Shown here: one piece after another, positions 1 through 14,408 of the stretch | How positions within the stretch are numbered: the stretch's first letter is position 1 | How the letters are laid out: each line of letters starts with the position of its first letter | The notes under the pieces: model-generated | What the model was told of the DNA's origin: nothing | The model's database searches: none | What the model saw: only the letters and a program-made list of their open reading frames with translations | Position numbers and translations under genes: made by a program | DNA from: Eledone cirrhosa | Lineage: Eukaryota | NCBI GenBank assembly: GCA_964016885.1 | Contig: OZ024747.1 | Location: 58,900,001 to 58,964,000, forward strand | DNA: 64,000 nucleotides | Direction: 5' to 3'

Positions 1-51
1 TATGTATGTATGTATGTATGTATGTATGTATGTATGTATGTATGTATGTAT

Positions 52-662
52 TGTCAGGTCACCATTTGGTGCTACTGGTAAGCTGTATCCCAGTACAACA
101 TGTCCCATGGTCGGGTCGTTGGCGACTAAACTGGCAACCCCACCAAGGTTTCTTGGTGAGGAGGGTGACTTTGGACATCCTGCAGGATTAAAAACAAAAC
201 CTGTCAAAGGGCAAAGGAGCTCTTAAGAGTCAATGGCCATCCCAAATCACCGGGAGAGATGACCCCTTAGCCTTTGTCAAGGCAGAATTCTAGGAGAAGG
301 AAAACTCTGATATAACACCTGCAACCCTGATGGTATCCAATGATGTTGACTTGTTCTTCTTTTTGGTAAATATCATCTTGTTTAACAGAGTGGGACTGAC
401 TTTGTGCAGTGCCTTTGCTCACTATAAAAGCTTCACGGCACAGCCTTGCTTTATATCTGGAGATCTCTCTGCATTTGTCATCACATGGTACCATGGGCCC
501 AGCACTATGTGTCAATAATTGTCACAAGTGTAGTGTTTGTACCAGAGTTTTCAAGTCGCTGGCTGGACTAAAATGTCACACTTATTCAGCGCATCGGTAA
601 GGGTTCTCCTACATGGATATAAAGTAGTGGCCGTGCTCGAAAACGAGTTGGCAGCCACCATG
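52..662 (+). mobile_element. ~610 bp non-autonomous RTE-derived retroposon (5' UTR-like head + LINE 3' end)
   Basis: Near-identical inverted copy at 21849-22460. Contains CTAGGAGAAGGAAAACTCTGA (RTE 5' UTR-like) and a C-terminal zinc-finger remnant CSVCTRVFKSLAGLKCH. Ends in a (TATG)n tail. Confidence 0.75.
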
Positions 663-1162
663 TATTTATGTATGTATGTATGTATGTGCGTGTGTGTGTG
701 TCTATGCAGGTGATCCGAACATAAAACGTCTAGAGAAACAATGCGTAATCTATTGCAAGAGAACTTATTTCGCATTAATAAAGTTCCATACACTTAACAT
801 ATCTGCGCGACCTCAGCTTTCGGTGTCCAATTATTGCCACCACTGTAAATTGGAGGAGTCGCTTCAAAATTGATCTCATATCGTGCGCTCAAACAAAAAC
901 ATTTTTGATGAGAGGCCAGCTTTGAAGAGGCTTTATGCACTATAGAGTGATGAGCATAACTGATATTATATGTATATACTGTGGTAAAAGTTTGGTAGAA
1001 ATATCCAAGGGTAAGAGCACTCAGTCTATAGGACGAGTTAAGTTTAAATAGTTATAACAGTGACATATACAGGTACTTTAATTTCGTTGGATTCTGGATC
1101 CCAACTCATTTAACCTATTTTAGGTTGGGCTGAATGAGTTTTACAAGCATATGTTACTGTTG

Positions 1163-1522
<360 letters not shown>

Positions 1523-2151
1523 TATACGCATACAATGTGGGTGTCTAAATATGGCAAGTGAGAAAAAAACGCCAATCAGCGGATATTAACCACGCAATTT
1601 CAAAATCCTAACTCCTTTTCGATGTTCAGAGCACGGAATCCAAACAAGGGAGATAACTACTATAGCCTTAGTTGATCCAAGCTTTCGGGTATAAGTTAAA
1701 CAATTTCCTATAAATCATATACACTTCTGCTTTTTCTACCAAATTTCACTCAGACAATGTTCGTGGCGGTATTGATGATGGGGATGTAGTGGTGGTGATT
1801 ATGATTTTGGTGAGTCTGTGGGAGTTTAAGCGCAGTCAATACTAAGAATAGTAATGAGGAGAGTATAAAGCTAGAGATTAAAAAGGATATTCCTTTGATA
1901 CAAAGGAATATTTTGAACCACAATATCGAGCAGAAGAAGAAGAGAAAAAAGAAGAGAGGTAGGGGGTAGAGAAAGGCGAATAACAACGAGTACTACAACA
2001 ACAACAAGAATAAAAACATCCCCAGCAACAACAACAAGGATAAGAAAATAAACAAAGAATTTATATATGTGCATGTATATACATACATGTATATTTAGTT
2101 TATATATATATATAAACATATATATGCACATATACATACATATGTGTATAT

Positions 2152-2208
<57 letters not shown>

Positions 2209-2242
2209 ATATATATGTACATATACATACATATATGTAGAT

Positions 2243-2279
<37 letters not shown>

Positions 2280-2313
2280 ATATATATGTACATATACATA
2301 CATATATGTATAT

Positions 2314-2352
<39 letters not shown>

Positions 2353-2386
2353 ATATATATGTACATATACATACATATATGTATAT

Positions 2387-2431
<45 letters not shown>

Positions 2432-2465
2432 ATATATATGTACATATACATACATATATGTAGAT

Positions 2466-2502
<37 letters not shown>

Positions 2503-2577
2503 ATATATATGTACATATACATATATGTATATATAGTTTATATATATATATATATACATACATACACAAACACACAC

Positions 2578-2631
<54 letters not shown>

Positions 2632-2983
2632 ATATGCATACGCATACACACATACATGAAACAAGAAGAAAAAGACAGGCGAGCCAAAATCGATAACTGT
2701 AGTTTGCTGTAGGAATAATAGAATAGATTGAAGTTTCCGAATTACTATCAGGTTCTAAAGTAATGCCAATGCTAAGGAATAATTGGTAAAGCTGAATGTT
2801 TTTGTTTGAAGGAGGCAGACGATAGAACTGTGTGTGTGTACTGTAATGGCGGAAAATGAGACTTGCGTACACAGTGAGAATAGGATGTCGTGTTTGACTG
2901 GCGCGATATACATTCTTATTATTTTCTCTGCAACAACGCAATGGATGCATTTTCACTTATATATGCACGTCGGTCTGGACTGG

Positions 2984-3043
<60 letters not shown>

Positions 3044-3047
<4 letters not shown>

Positions 3048-3234
3048 AACCAGTAAGACCCCGACAGCTGAGCTCAAGCCGTTTCGACGGTTAATTCTGG
3101 ACTCAATTAGCCGTCGAAACGGCTTGAGCTCAGCTGTCGGGGTCTTACTGGTTCCTATTACCCACTCTACTACCTCAAGTATTGAGTACTTTGGTGCGTT
3201 ATGGTCCACCTGGTTCCTTACCACATTTCCTTCG

Positions 3235-3237
<3 letters not shown>
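3044..3237 (+). mobile_element. Hairpin+tail mini-element, family A, copy 1
   Basis: Inverted repeat 3044-3157 (~53 bp arms) followed by an ~80 bp tail, embedded in (TA)n on both sides. Confidence 0.85.
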
Positions 3238-3331
<94 letters not shown>

Positions 3332-3571
3332 GAGAGAGAGAGAGAGGCGGGGATGTATGCATGCATATGTGTGTATACAAATAGGTAAACAAACAAACAT
3401 ACAAAAATACACACATATGCATATACTTGTTACTTCTTTTGTAGTTTATCTATATGCAAATAAAAGTCATTTGGCATTGTACTCCTGCGTGTATGCATAG
3501 ATTACTGATATGCACACACACACATATATATATATATGTGTGTATGTATGTATTTATGTACGTATGTGTTT

Positions 3572-3612
<41 letters not shown>

Positions 3613-3704
3613 TGTATGTATGTATGTACGTACGTATGTGTTTATACATATATGTATATATGTATGTATGTATGTACGTATGTGTTTATATATATACACA
3701 CATG

Positions 3705-3740
<36 letters not shown>

Positions 3741-3788
3741 AATGAAAGGTATAGAAATTGTTTTAGCGAGAAGCTAATAGTATTCTAT

Positions 3789-3849
<61 letters not shown>

Positions 3850-3920
3850 TTGTCTATTATATGTAAAATATATAAAAGTAAATATGTTTTATGCTTCAAT
3901 GTCGAGCTTTGATCTCCTAT

Positions 3921-4113
3921 AATAATTGTTTCTACTTTTGGCACAAGGCCAGCAATTACCCAGTGTATTACTGCTACTTTATTTTATCGACCCCGTAAGG
4001 ATGAAAGGCAAAGTTAACCTCGGCGTGGATTTTAACTCAGACCATAAAGGACCGTAACTCAATGCTGCAAAGCATGGTGTCCGACTCTCTACCGATACTG
4101 CAACTCACCCGCC
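3921..4113 (-). mobile_element. tRNA-derived SINE, family 1
   Basis: Reverse complement of the 9080-9275 unit. Confidence 0.85.
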
Positions 4114-4700
4114 TATAATAATATATAATCTGAGTGTAATTCACGTGTGTCAGATGTGTCGTTGAGCAAGACTTTTTATTTCACGTCACTCAGACCCATG
4201 CATCCGACGAAAACTAGTAATTCAAAGTGCCGCCCTTGTGACAAAATGTGTAACGTTGAACCTCCTTAAAGGAGGATGCATGTTAATTTCACAACCAGAA
4301 TGTTCCGTTGTTCAGACAACTGGGATACTCTTCGTCGAAACCGATGTAGGTCCAACACTCGCATACTTAAGACACAATATACCGGAACAGTTTCAACAAA
4401 GTTAAATGTTCTGACGCTCTAACAATCCTATAATATATGTATATATCTATGTATGTATTTATGTATTTACGTATGCATGCATATATTTATTCATCTATGT
4501 ATGTGTGTGTGTGTGTAAGTGTGTATGTATGTATGTATATATGGAATGTGTTTGCTTGTGTGTTGTAATTTGAAGTGCGTGATTATTGTATGTATACATT
4601 TTAGTACACGCATATATTAGTGTGTATATATATGTGTGTGTGCGTGTGTGTCTGGATGGGTGTGTTTATAAACATCTCTCTCGCTCTCTATATATATATA

Positions 4701-4894
4701 TAGGAACAAGTATGACCCCGACGGCAGAGCTCAAGCCGTTTCGACGGCTATTTCTGGACTGAAATAGCCGTCGAAACAGCTTGAGCTCTTCCGTCGGGGT
4801 CATACGTGTTCCTATTACCCACTCTACTACCCTAAGTATTGAGTAATTTGGTGCGTTATGGTCCATTTGGTTCTTTACCACAATTCCTTCGTTA
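4701..4894 (+). mobile_element. Hairpin+tail mini-element, family A, copy 2
   Basis: Same ends (TAGGAAC...CCTTCGTTA) and structure as 3044-3237, with (TA)n flanks. Confidence 0.85.
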
Positions 4895-5075
4895 TATATA
4901 TATATAGTTTCGTTGACAAATATATCAATGTGCCCAGACACGCAGATATATTGCCCTTGGTATGACAGTGTGGTTTTAGCTCATTGTAGGATAACTGGTA
5001 TACTACAGGCCCGTTATAGGTTCTGGTGACGCAGCTTGATGGAGCATGCAACTATTGATATACTCTTGTTTATAC

Positions 5076-5120
5076 GCTCTGATGATTCCTGCCTTAGGGT
5101 ACGGATGAAACACTGTTAGC
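5076..5120 (+). ncRNA. Minimal hammerhead variant (U10.1-U11.1, GUU site)
   Basis: GCT-CTGATGA-TTCCTGCC ttag GGTACGGAT-GAAA-CACTG-TT-AGC, then TAATAAA. Confidence 0.6.
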
Positions 5121-5164
5121 TAATAAAATAATGTATTTCTAAGCACTCTTTGGTTATTCCTAAA

Positions 5165-5217
<53 letters not shown>

Positions 5218-5749
5218 TCTACAACATCAATTGAAGACTGAAGTGTTCTTACAAAATCAATATTTATCATATTGATTTATTTCGATGATTTATATATGGC
5301 ATTATTTATCCCTTTTAATATTTTGTTTATATATATATATATATATATATATCATTAAGCCTTTTTTTGTGATTTACACGGCTATCATGTATGACATTAC
5401 ATTCGGTTGAGTTCATGTAGTATATTTTAGTGTTTATTTATTTATTTATATATATTGATCTAGGTCGATAGGTGTATTTCGGACGCTATTTAACATTTTA
5501 CTGTTTGATTTGTGTAATGTATATGTCATTCACTAACTTCAATGTTGCTCGGGTACGTCAGTACACACAGTAATAACACACTGGGGAATGTTTTACCAGC
5601 TTCTTTCGTTAAAATTTTGTTTGAATTTTTCTATTTTTTCATTTTTCTTCTTTGTTCTTGTTTTGAAGAGAAAACCGAGTTAAGTGAAGACTTCAATAAA
5701 AAGATTTCCGCATATTTTTCATCATTAACTCTAGTTTCTAAATTTGAGA

Positions 5750-6010
5750 GGACATTTCTGAATTGAGAGATCACAGCTCCGATACTGTGGGCATGTGGTT
5801 AGAATGCCACAAGAAAGAATCGCTGGACAGATTTTATGGGCAAAACCAACTGGCAGTAGACCAAGCAGGAGAGCCGAGCAAGATGGATGGATGACGATCT
5901 TGGCTGGTTTTACTTGGGGATCCAGTCGGATCAGTTGGAGACTCAAGCTTCTGACAGGACCTGCTGGAAGGGGGTGTTTGAGGACTCAGCAACCATCCCA
6001 GTATTAAGTG
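5750..6010 (+). pseudogene. LINE (RTE-like) 3' fragment; homologs at ~29900-30120 (-) and ~35580-35830 (-)
   Basis: ERSQLRYCGHVVRMPQERIAGQILWAKPTG.RP and GRKLRSRPRTRWLDNI...ASDRTQWK. Confidence 0.7.
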
Positions 6011-6330
6011 GGTGAAGAAGAATAAAAAGAAAAAGAAGAGTGGGGACAGTGTCATCTGGTACGGCCTCTTAGAGATGGGCTTGTCCAATGGCCATCATAT
6101 ATGTACTAAGATCACAGATGTACTAAGATCATGTGGATCAAGACGACTTTCATCTGTAACTACCAACGGGTAACAAGGGAGACCACTTTGAACGTCTGGC
6201 AAGATAGGAGCGTATTAGCAACAGGAGTGGAACTAATAGCACGTGGTGTTTTTGTTGGAAGTCACCTGTTTATTGATTAATGTGCTTGTTGATGTTTACA
6301 TCTTCTATCGATATACACGCACACGCTTTC

Positions 6331-6390
<60 letters not shown>

Positions 6391-6402
6391 AGACACACAC
6401 AC

Positions 6403-6452
<50 letters not shown>

Positions 6453-6480
6453 TATATATATATATATAATATGTGTGTAT

Positions 6481-6546
<66 letters not shown>

Positions 6547-6809
6547 CTGTGTAGGGCTGGTGTGAGAATGAGCTTGAAAATATTGTTTGATCAATGCGGT
6601 ATTTTAGTAAAAACAACAGAATGACAACATCCATCCACACACACACATACATACATACACACGCATATATACGTACACGCTCATCACGTACATACACACA
6701 CACCACGTACACACACACACCACGTACATACACACACACTCCATAAAAAGAAAACGAAAATAAATCGAGAAAATTAATGAAGAAAGTCATGTTAATTAAT
6801 CAAATGTGG

Positions 6810-7990
6810 GTTGGAAGTGTGTGTGTGAATGTGTGTATATATGTGAATGTGTATACGAGTGCTTGTGTACGTGTATTGTGTGTGTATATGTGTATATATG
6901 TATGTGTACCCTTGTATGTGTATCCCTGCATACGTGTTTGTATATCTCCGTATGAATTTGTGTGCGTGTACCTGTGTACGTATATCTGTGTATGTATATA
7001 TGTGTGAGTGTATATATGTGTGAGTGTGTGTGTGTGTGCGTGGGCGTGTGCGTATGTGTAACTATGCGCGTGTGTGTGTGTATATATGTGTGTTTGTGTG
7101 TATCTGCATGTGTGTATCTGTATGTGTGTATCTATATGTGTGTATCTGCATGTGTGTATCTATATGTTTGTATCTATATGTGTGTATCAGGTATGTGGGT
7201 ATGTGTATGTGTGTATCTATATGTTTGTATCTATATGTGTGTATCTGTATGTAAGTATGTGTGTATCTGTGTGCATATATGTATGTGTATCTGTGTGTAT
7301 GTATGTATGTTTGTATGTATGTGTGTGTATCTTTGTGCATCTATGTATGTGTGTCTGTGTGTATGTATGTATGTATGTGTGTGTATCTGTGTGCATCTAT
7401 GTATGTGTGTATGTGTGTATGTATGTATGTGTGTGTATGTGTGCATCTATGTATGTGTATATGTGTGTATGTATGTATGTATGTGTGTATGTGTCTATCT
7501 CTGTGCATCTATGTATGTGTCTCTGTGTGTATCTATGTATGTATGTATGTATGTATGTATGTATGTATGTATGTATGTATGTATGTATGTATGTATGTAT
7601 GTATGTATGTATGTATGTGTGTATATGTGTGCATCTATGTATGTGTCTCTGTGTGTATCTATGTATGTATGTATTTATGTATGTGTGTATCTGTGTGCAT
7701 CTATGTATGTGTATCTGTATGTATCTATGTATGTATGTATGTGGGTATGTGTGTATCTGTGTGCATCTATCTATGTGTATCTGTGTGTATGTATGTATGT
7801 ATGTATGTATGTATGTATGTATGTATGTATGTATGTATGTATGTATGTATGTGTGTATCTGTGTGTATGTATGTGTATCTCTGTATATATGTATGTATGT
7901 ATGTATGTATTTATGTATGTATGTATCTGTGTGCATCTATGTATGTGTATCTCAGTATATATGTATGTGTATATATGTGTGAGAGAGAGA
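6810..7990. repeat. Compound (TG)n/(TATG)n low-complexity tract (representative of dozens in the window)
   Basis: Direct inspection. It produces the spurious MYVC/CV ORFs. Confidence 0.95.
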
Positions 7991-8244
7991 ACGTTTGTGT
8001 ATAAAGCAGTGTTAAAAACTGAAATCTGTGACGTCAATGTAACTTAGAGAATATTTTATTTTTTATATGTCCCCCAGCCCCTTTAGATGAAGGTGAAATA
8101 TTTACTCCTCACACATCATTTTCGTCATCATCATCATTGTCACCATCACCATTGTCGTCGTCATCGTCGTATTATCATCATCATCGTCATCACTCTCACC
8201 ATCACCATCACCATTTTCGTCGTCTTCATCGTTGTTATTATTAT

Positions 8245-9400
8245 GGGTTGGCAGTACCGGTAGAGAGTCGGACGCCATGCTTTGCAACAAAGAGTTACGG
8301 CCCTTTTATGGTCTGAGTTCAAATCCCGCCGAGGTTAACTTTGCCTTTCATCCTTACGGGGGTCGATAAAATAAAGTACCAGTAATACACTGGGATAATT
8401 GCTGGCCTTGTGCCAAAAGTAGAAACATTTATTATCATCATCATCATCATCATCCTCAACCATCACATCATTAACATCACCTTCAACATAACGACCATCA
8501 TCATTATTTCATGGGGGTGAATTGGCAGTATCGGTTGAGAGTCGGACGCCATGCTTTGACGCATAGAGTTACGGCCCTTGCCATTCTGAGTTCAAATCTC
8601 GTCGAGCTTAACTTTGCCTTTCATTCTAATGGGGGTCGATAAAATAAAGTACCAGTAATGCACTGGGATAATTGCTGGCCTTGTGCCTATTGTAGAAACA
8701 ATTATTTCATCATCATCACAAATATGTTCATTATCATTGCCATCATCATCATATTCATCATTAGCACGTTCATCACCGTTCATTTGTAATCAATATCATC
8801 ACCAGCACCTTAACAACCACCGTTAACACTATCATCAACCATGACATCATCATAACATCAACTTCTTCACCATTATTATAGGTGGATTGGCAGTATCGGT
8901 TGAGGGTCGGACGCCATGCTTTCCAGCATAGTTACGTCCCTTTACGATCTGAGTTCAAATCCCGCCGAGGTTGACTTTGCCTTTCATCCTTACGGGGTCG
9001 ATAAAATAAAGTACCAGTAATGCACTGGTTAATTGCTGGCCTTGTGCCTAAAGTAGAAACAATTGTTATATTATATTCAGGGCGGTGGATTGGCAGTATC
9101 GGTAGAGGCTCGGACGTCATGCTTTGACGCATAGAGTTACGGCCCTTGCCATTCTGAGTTCAAATCCCGCCGAGGTTAACTTTGCCTTTCATCCTTACGG
9201 GGTCGATAAAATAAAGTACCAGTAATACACTGGGTAATTGCTGGCCTTGTGCCAAAAGTAGAAACAATTATTATATTATATTCAAATCCCGCCGAGGTTA
9301 ACTTTGCCTTTCATCCTTACGGGGTCGATAAAATAAAGTACCAGTAATGTACTGGGTAATTGCTGGCCTCGTGCCAAAAGTAGAAACAATTATTATATTA
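8245..9400 (+). mobile_element. Cluster of five head-to-tail tRNA-derived SINE copies (family 1)
   Basis: A-box TGGCAGTATCGG, B-box GAGTTCAAATCC, core GCCTTTCATCCTTACGGGGTCGATAAAATAAAGTACCAG. Copies at ~8245, 8513, 8881, 9080 and 9281 (partial). Confidence 0.88.
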
Positions 9401-10463
9401 TATCCTTCCCGTCATTATCAGCCTACGTCGAAAATGTCATTCCCGTTTCCCACCAACACTCAAAATTGGAAAGTTTCCAAGAAATATTTTAGATGTCTCG
9501 GGAAATCCGACCGGTCTGTCCCGGTCAGATCACAGTTCGTCATTATTCTGACGTCACCACTTTTGCTACTGTTCACATCCAGTCCTGCCAGCTTATTCCC
9601 CTGTTCCAGGAAGAATGTTCGTATCTCAAGATGCTGTCATTTCCTAAACAACAAGGTCAATTAAATACTGCATGCACCTCATTGACATACAAAATCAAAT
9701 CGAATCAGTGTCTTACGTCTAATTATCAGTTCTGTTTAACACTTCTATATCTAGAGACGTGAGTTCGTTGAGTGAATGAGTTGGCTTCCAAGTTGACCCT
9801 GTTATTCATATATTTATATGACCTACTCTGATTATCGCCATCTTAATCCGAGAAAGGGATAAGAATGGACTAATGTATCTTAACCATGAAAATACAAGAC
9901 ACAATTGACTCTTAATTAAAATAAACAAATGTTGGGGGTAATCAAGGGAAATGTGGTACGGTTTCATTGAAATTGAATATATTTTCCATTCCACAATTTA
10001 TTATTTTTTTTTATGTAGACTTTATATATGGGCAGCACCATAATCTTTCAAGTGTTTAAAGTTTCAAAATAATTTATTTTGGCCCATTGGATATGAAGAT
10101 GTGGCATGTAATCAATCTACTTCGTAGTCAAATTGTTACTTGAAAGGCCCCTCGAAAGCCTTTATGCATGTATTATCCAGACATTTGACGAGAATGTTCT
10201 ACTAAACCTCCAGTCGAACTCTAAACAAAAGACTATTTGCATCCCTAGAATGAACTCTCCCTTTTATCTTCAGCAACTCCGTGTTGTTTTCTGTTATAAA
10301 CAGCGAAGTTATAAAAGGGTTTTCCTGCTTGTTTCTATTTGATTGTTGGAGGGTTGTTGCTGCTGCTGCTATTGTCTTCTATTAGTTCTTTTGAAATTAC
10401 TGTTGTAGTTATTATGTGTGTGTGCTTTCCAATTGTTGGTTTTTATTGTTGTTGTTATTATTG

Positions 10464-10662
10464 TAGTGGATTGGCAGTATTCGTAGAGCGTTGGAGACTA
10501 TGCGTTGTAGCATATAGTTATGTCCATTTAGGTTCTAGGTTCAAATCCTGCTGAAGTTATCTTTGCGGGGTCGATAAAATGAAGTACCAGTAACGCACTG
10601 GGGTCAATTTAATCAACTCCTCCCCTTAAAATTGTTGGCCTTGTGCCTAAATCAGAAACCAT
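10464..10662 (+). mobile_element. tRNA-derived SINE, family 1 (older, longer variant)
   Basis: A/B boxes and core present. Retains the internal GGGGTCAATTTAATCAAC segment also seen at 26163-26385 and 29308-29535. Confidence 0.75.
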
Positions 10663-11663
10663 TGTAGTTGTTTTTATTTGATATGTTGTCTCGTATATTT
10701 ATACAACCTATGGTGTGGTCAGTCATTCTTTTGCCCACTAATGTGGGCAGAGCGATCTTATATTGCTGGAGACAAGTGAACATGCTCTCTTCCCCAGTCC
10801 TAAGAGACTAGTGCTCTTTGTCAGCTCCATCAGACAGATGAGATAATTTCGAGTTATTTTCTGATTCAATTCTGTCCGGAACACCAAACTTATCCCCGGC
10901 TATTTCTGTTAGCATATATTTAGCACCTTCAAAATTCTCACATCTTTGTCACCGCTCAAAACAACCACCGGTATCCATCATGTGTTTATGTTTATTTTTG
11001 GTGTCACACACCCACCTAACCCGCGCCAGTCACTGGATCAAAAATATCCAGTGGTAACTGGTAAATAGTATATGTAAAGATATCCACTGTTAACCTGTGA
11101 TGATATCCAGACGTAGCCGATTCTAAACAAATAATATACGGTGGTATATTCATAGTTAATCAGTGATAACCAGTGATGTCGTTGGATTTATACATTCTTA
11201 ACTATCCATATCCAATGAGATATCTAGCGCTTGATCTGATACCGTGTGATAACCAGTGATATCCAATTATTATCCGAGGTATCGACTATTAACCAGTGAC
11301 ATATATAATTGTCCAGTGATTAGCAGTGATATCCAGAGTTATCCAATAAGATATGTGATAACTACGAAAGTTAAATCAAACATAATGTGTAAATCTGCGC
11401 TGACTGATTGAAACGACTATCGTAATGAATGTTGTCTATGTTATTCTTGTTGTCGGCTATGATATACACATACACAAGATGTCGATTAAGTACAGTAGCA
11501 ATTGTATTATGTATGTCTAATTATTGAGTAGGTAATTGTAAATTCTCTATACGTACATAGGAATATATATATATGTATGTGTACACACATACAGGCATAC
11601 ATTTATACATATATGAGTACAGGGATGGATACATATGCGCGTATGTATGTATAGTAAGGTATG

Positions 11664-11703
<40 letters not shown>

Positions 11704-11719
11704 TGTATGTATAGTAAGG

Positions 11720-11788
<69 letters not shown>

Positions 11789-12056
11789 ATGCACACATAA
11801 ACCTGAGTGGAGAGAAAGTAAGGTTAAATATATAATAACTACGTAATAGATATCTAATAACTCTCTCAATTGATACGATTGTCTCCCTTTGAGATTAACA
11901 TCTCTATAATTAGCGAGAGTTAATTTGCAAGAGAAGCATCTTGATTGTTAACTAAATTCACGTCGTATTACATTTCACCACTTCAATCTATCTCTTCCTT
12001 TCACTCTTTGCATTAAGTCTTCCATTTATACATTTACAGAAAATACCTATACCCAC

Positions 12057-12118
<62 letters not shown>

Positions 12119-14114
12119 TCGCGCACGCACACACACACGCGCATACGCACACACGTACACACACATGGAAGCCTTCATCCAAACAACAGAAGTGCTTTGA
12201 TGGCGCCTACACTCGCCTACTTCGACGCATTCAGAACATAAGTTGGCGACATGTGACTTTGAAAGAAATATATGCCAGCCTTCCACGCATATCTGACATT
12301 GTACGTAAAAGGAGAGTAAGAATTGCTGGCCACTGTCATCGTGCCACCTATGAGGCTGCGTCCTTTTTAGTGCTTTGGAAACCACAAGCAATAACTAATA
12401 ACATTAATTCATGTTGACATCTCTTGCAAAACTGTTGGTGCTGGCGTTATATAACGCGTGTTTTCTTCTCTTTACACCATGTGCGTTATTTTAGTTACGT
12501 AATATATTTTTAGAAGTGTAGACCATATTGGTGTCCACCTGTTGACAAGCCCTCTATAAAATAGAATCTGCACTTTTTGTGGCGAAACATACTATAGTTA
12601 GAACATGTCTAGGTGTAATAGTTATTATCTGATGGTTAATACATTTTAATTTATTCTTATAATTGATCTGTATTCTCCTTTCCTTTCGTAGACAATATGT
12701 TCTTCACTCCAGTCGTTCTCTATCCCCTATGATTAAACACATACCTCTTCGTATATTTCTCTGTATATACTGATTTTTAAAGGGTCTGGAATCTAATCCT
12801 TGAGCTCATTAAATTATAAGGATTAACATTTCTAGTGGTTGCACTGATAAAATATACGTAGCATGGCCAGTTACGTAGTGAGGTCGTATTCACTGGACAT
12901 TATTATTGACTGTGCGTCACATGGCTGGTGCATCCACATACCAGTAATTGTTACAGGTCTGTACTGTAAAGTATCCTGTCCGTCGCTAATCTACCCCCAA
13001 ACTACATGATGGGAACTTTTCTTAGTTATTGATTCCAAAAAGATGAAAGTCAAACATAAAACTCAGTGTAATTTGTTCTGAGAATGTAGGGACACGAAAT
13101 AAATACTGCAAGGCATTTAATCCGACACGTTATTGGATCCATCTAATTTTTCAGCATTTAATGTTATATATGATGATTTTATGGGCTAAAACGTTCATAG
13201 CCCGACCAAAATACTCTCATGGAATGATCAAATGAGGTTTATTTTTTAACATAGCAAAGTAACAATGCAGTTATTAATGAGAAGAGTTGAAATTAATTCA
13301 TGCAAGATTTCACAGCCCTAGCATCACTCCTTCACAGTCAGTCTATAAACTTTTCAACCCACGCTTGTATATCACTCATTTCTTTTCCTTTATCTCTATC
13401 TTCTCCTCCCCCCCCTCCTCATCTTCATTCCTATATTTCTTGTGAACTACTTCTCCCCTTTCCCTCCGACATCGCAACCTTTTATGAGCCCTTCCATCTC
13501 CCTTTCCTCTCTTTATACATCTATTCTCTTTTCCTTTTCTTTCTAATTATGCGATCTAACTACATAACTTCCTCCCCGTCAAACACCACATTCCTCTTCC
13601 AATATATCCATACCTCATTCCAAAATTATTCGGTCAAGAGTAGGAACCCTCCACCCGAGTACCCAAGAAAGAAAATAATTATTGATTCAAAATATCATAT
13701 TCAGTTGCATTAAAAACAAAAATAGAAGGAGAGAAAAAAAACTGAAAGAAAATATATATAAAAAATAAAGGTCAAGGGGCTGGAGAAAACCCTACCTCCT
13801 TTAACTTATTACAGACACGCCCTGCAGAAAAGATGGCAAAAGTACAGCCAGTGTTGCCCGCTGCATCAGTCATTCCACATCACAGGGTTCTTTCCCCTGC
13901 CGATATACCCTCCTTCCGAATCAGTAGAAGAAAACAACAGTACAGTTGTGCTCGTGCGCACAAACTCAAATATAAATACACACACACACGTCACACACAC
14001 GATATACACACATTATATATATATATATATATATAATGTATATATATATTATTGAAGATAATGCGTAATATCGAGTGCTTTTCCTATTATTACATTATGG
14101 ATAACTATACGGAA

Positions 14115-14408
14115 TGACCAGTTCCATCCAGTGGTGAACCACCAAACTTCAATGGATATATCACCTTCATCAGCTTGACCGATCAGTCTGTCTGGCGCCA
14201 ATCGGCGTGCTGTTTTAGCCATAAGATAACGCCATCCCACTTGGCTGGGCGGACAGGCCGGTACTCATTTCTACAGCTGAGTAAACTGGATCAACGTGAA
14301 ATAAAGTGTCTTGCTCAAGGAAACAACAAATCACCCGGTCCGAGAATTGAACTCACAACCTTTCGATTGCAAGCCCAATACTTTAACCACTAAGCCACGC
14401 GCCTTCAC
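14115..14408 (-). mobile_element. tRNA-derived SINE, family 2 (other copies ~20880-21087 minus, ~27880-28209 minus, ~62134-62370 plus, ~40200-40420 plus)
   Basis: Head GTGAAGGCGCGTGGCTTAGTGGTTA, B-box GAGTTCAATTC, and the motif CCTTGAGCAAGACACTTTATTTCACG. Confidence 0.78.

Noticed and set aside
700-900. Possible Tc1/mariner end (TATGCAGGTGATCC...)
   Set aside because: No matching second TIR or transposase remnant could be identified.
3044-3237. Family A as a classical TA-TSD Tc1/mariner MITE
   Set aside because: The inverted repeat is not terminal. An invariant ~80 bp asymmetric tail follows it in all copies, and the tail also occurs without the hairpin (39519-39576).
6962-8047. Long ORFs of [16 protein letters not shown] type here and throughout (e.g. 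38924-39841, 50099-50905, 45066-45811)
   Set aside because: They are translations of di-, tri- and tetranucleotide microsatellites that lack stop codons, with no domain content.
8245-9400. tRNA genes
   Set aside because: The A/B boxes belong to SINE heads. There is no complete cloverleaf, and each is followed by the SINE core.
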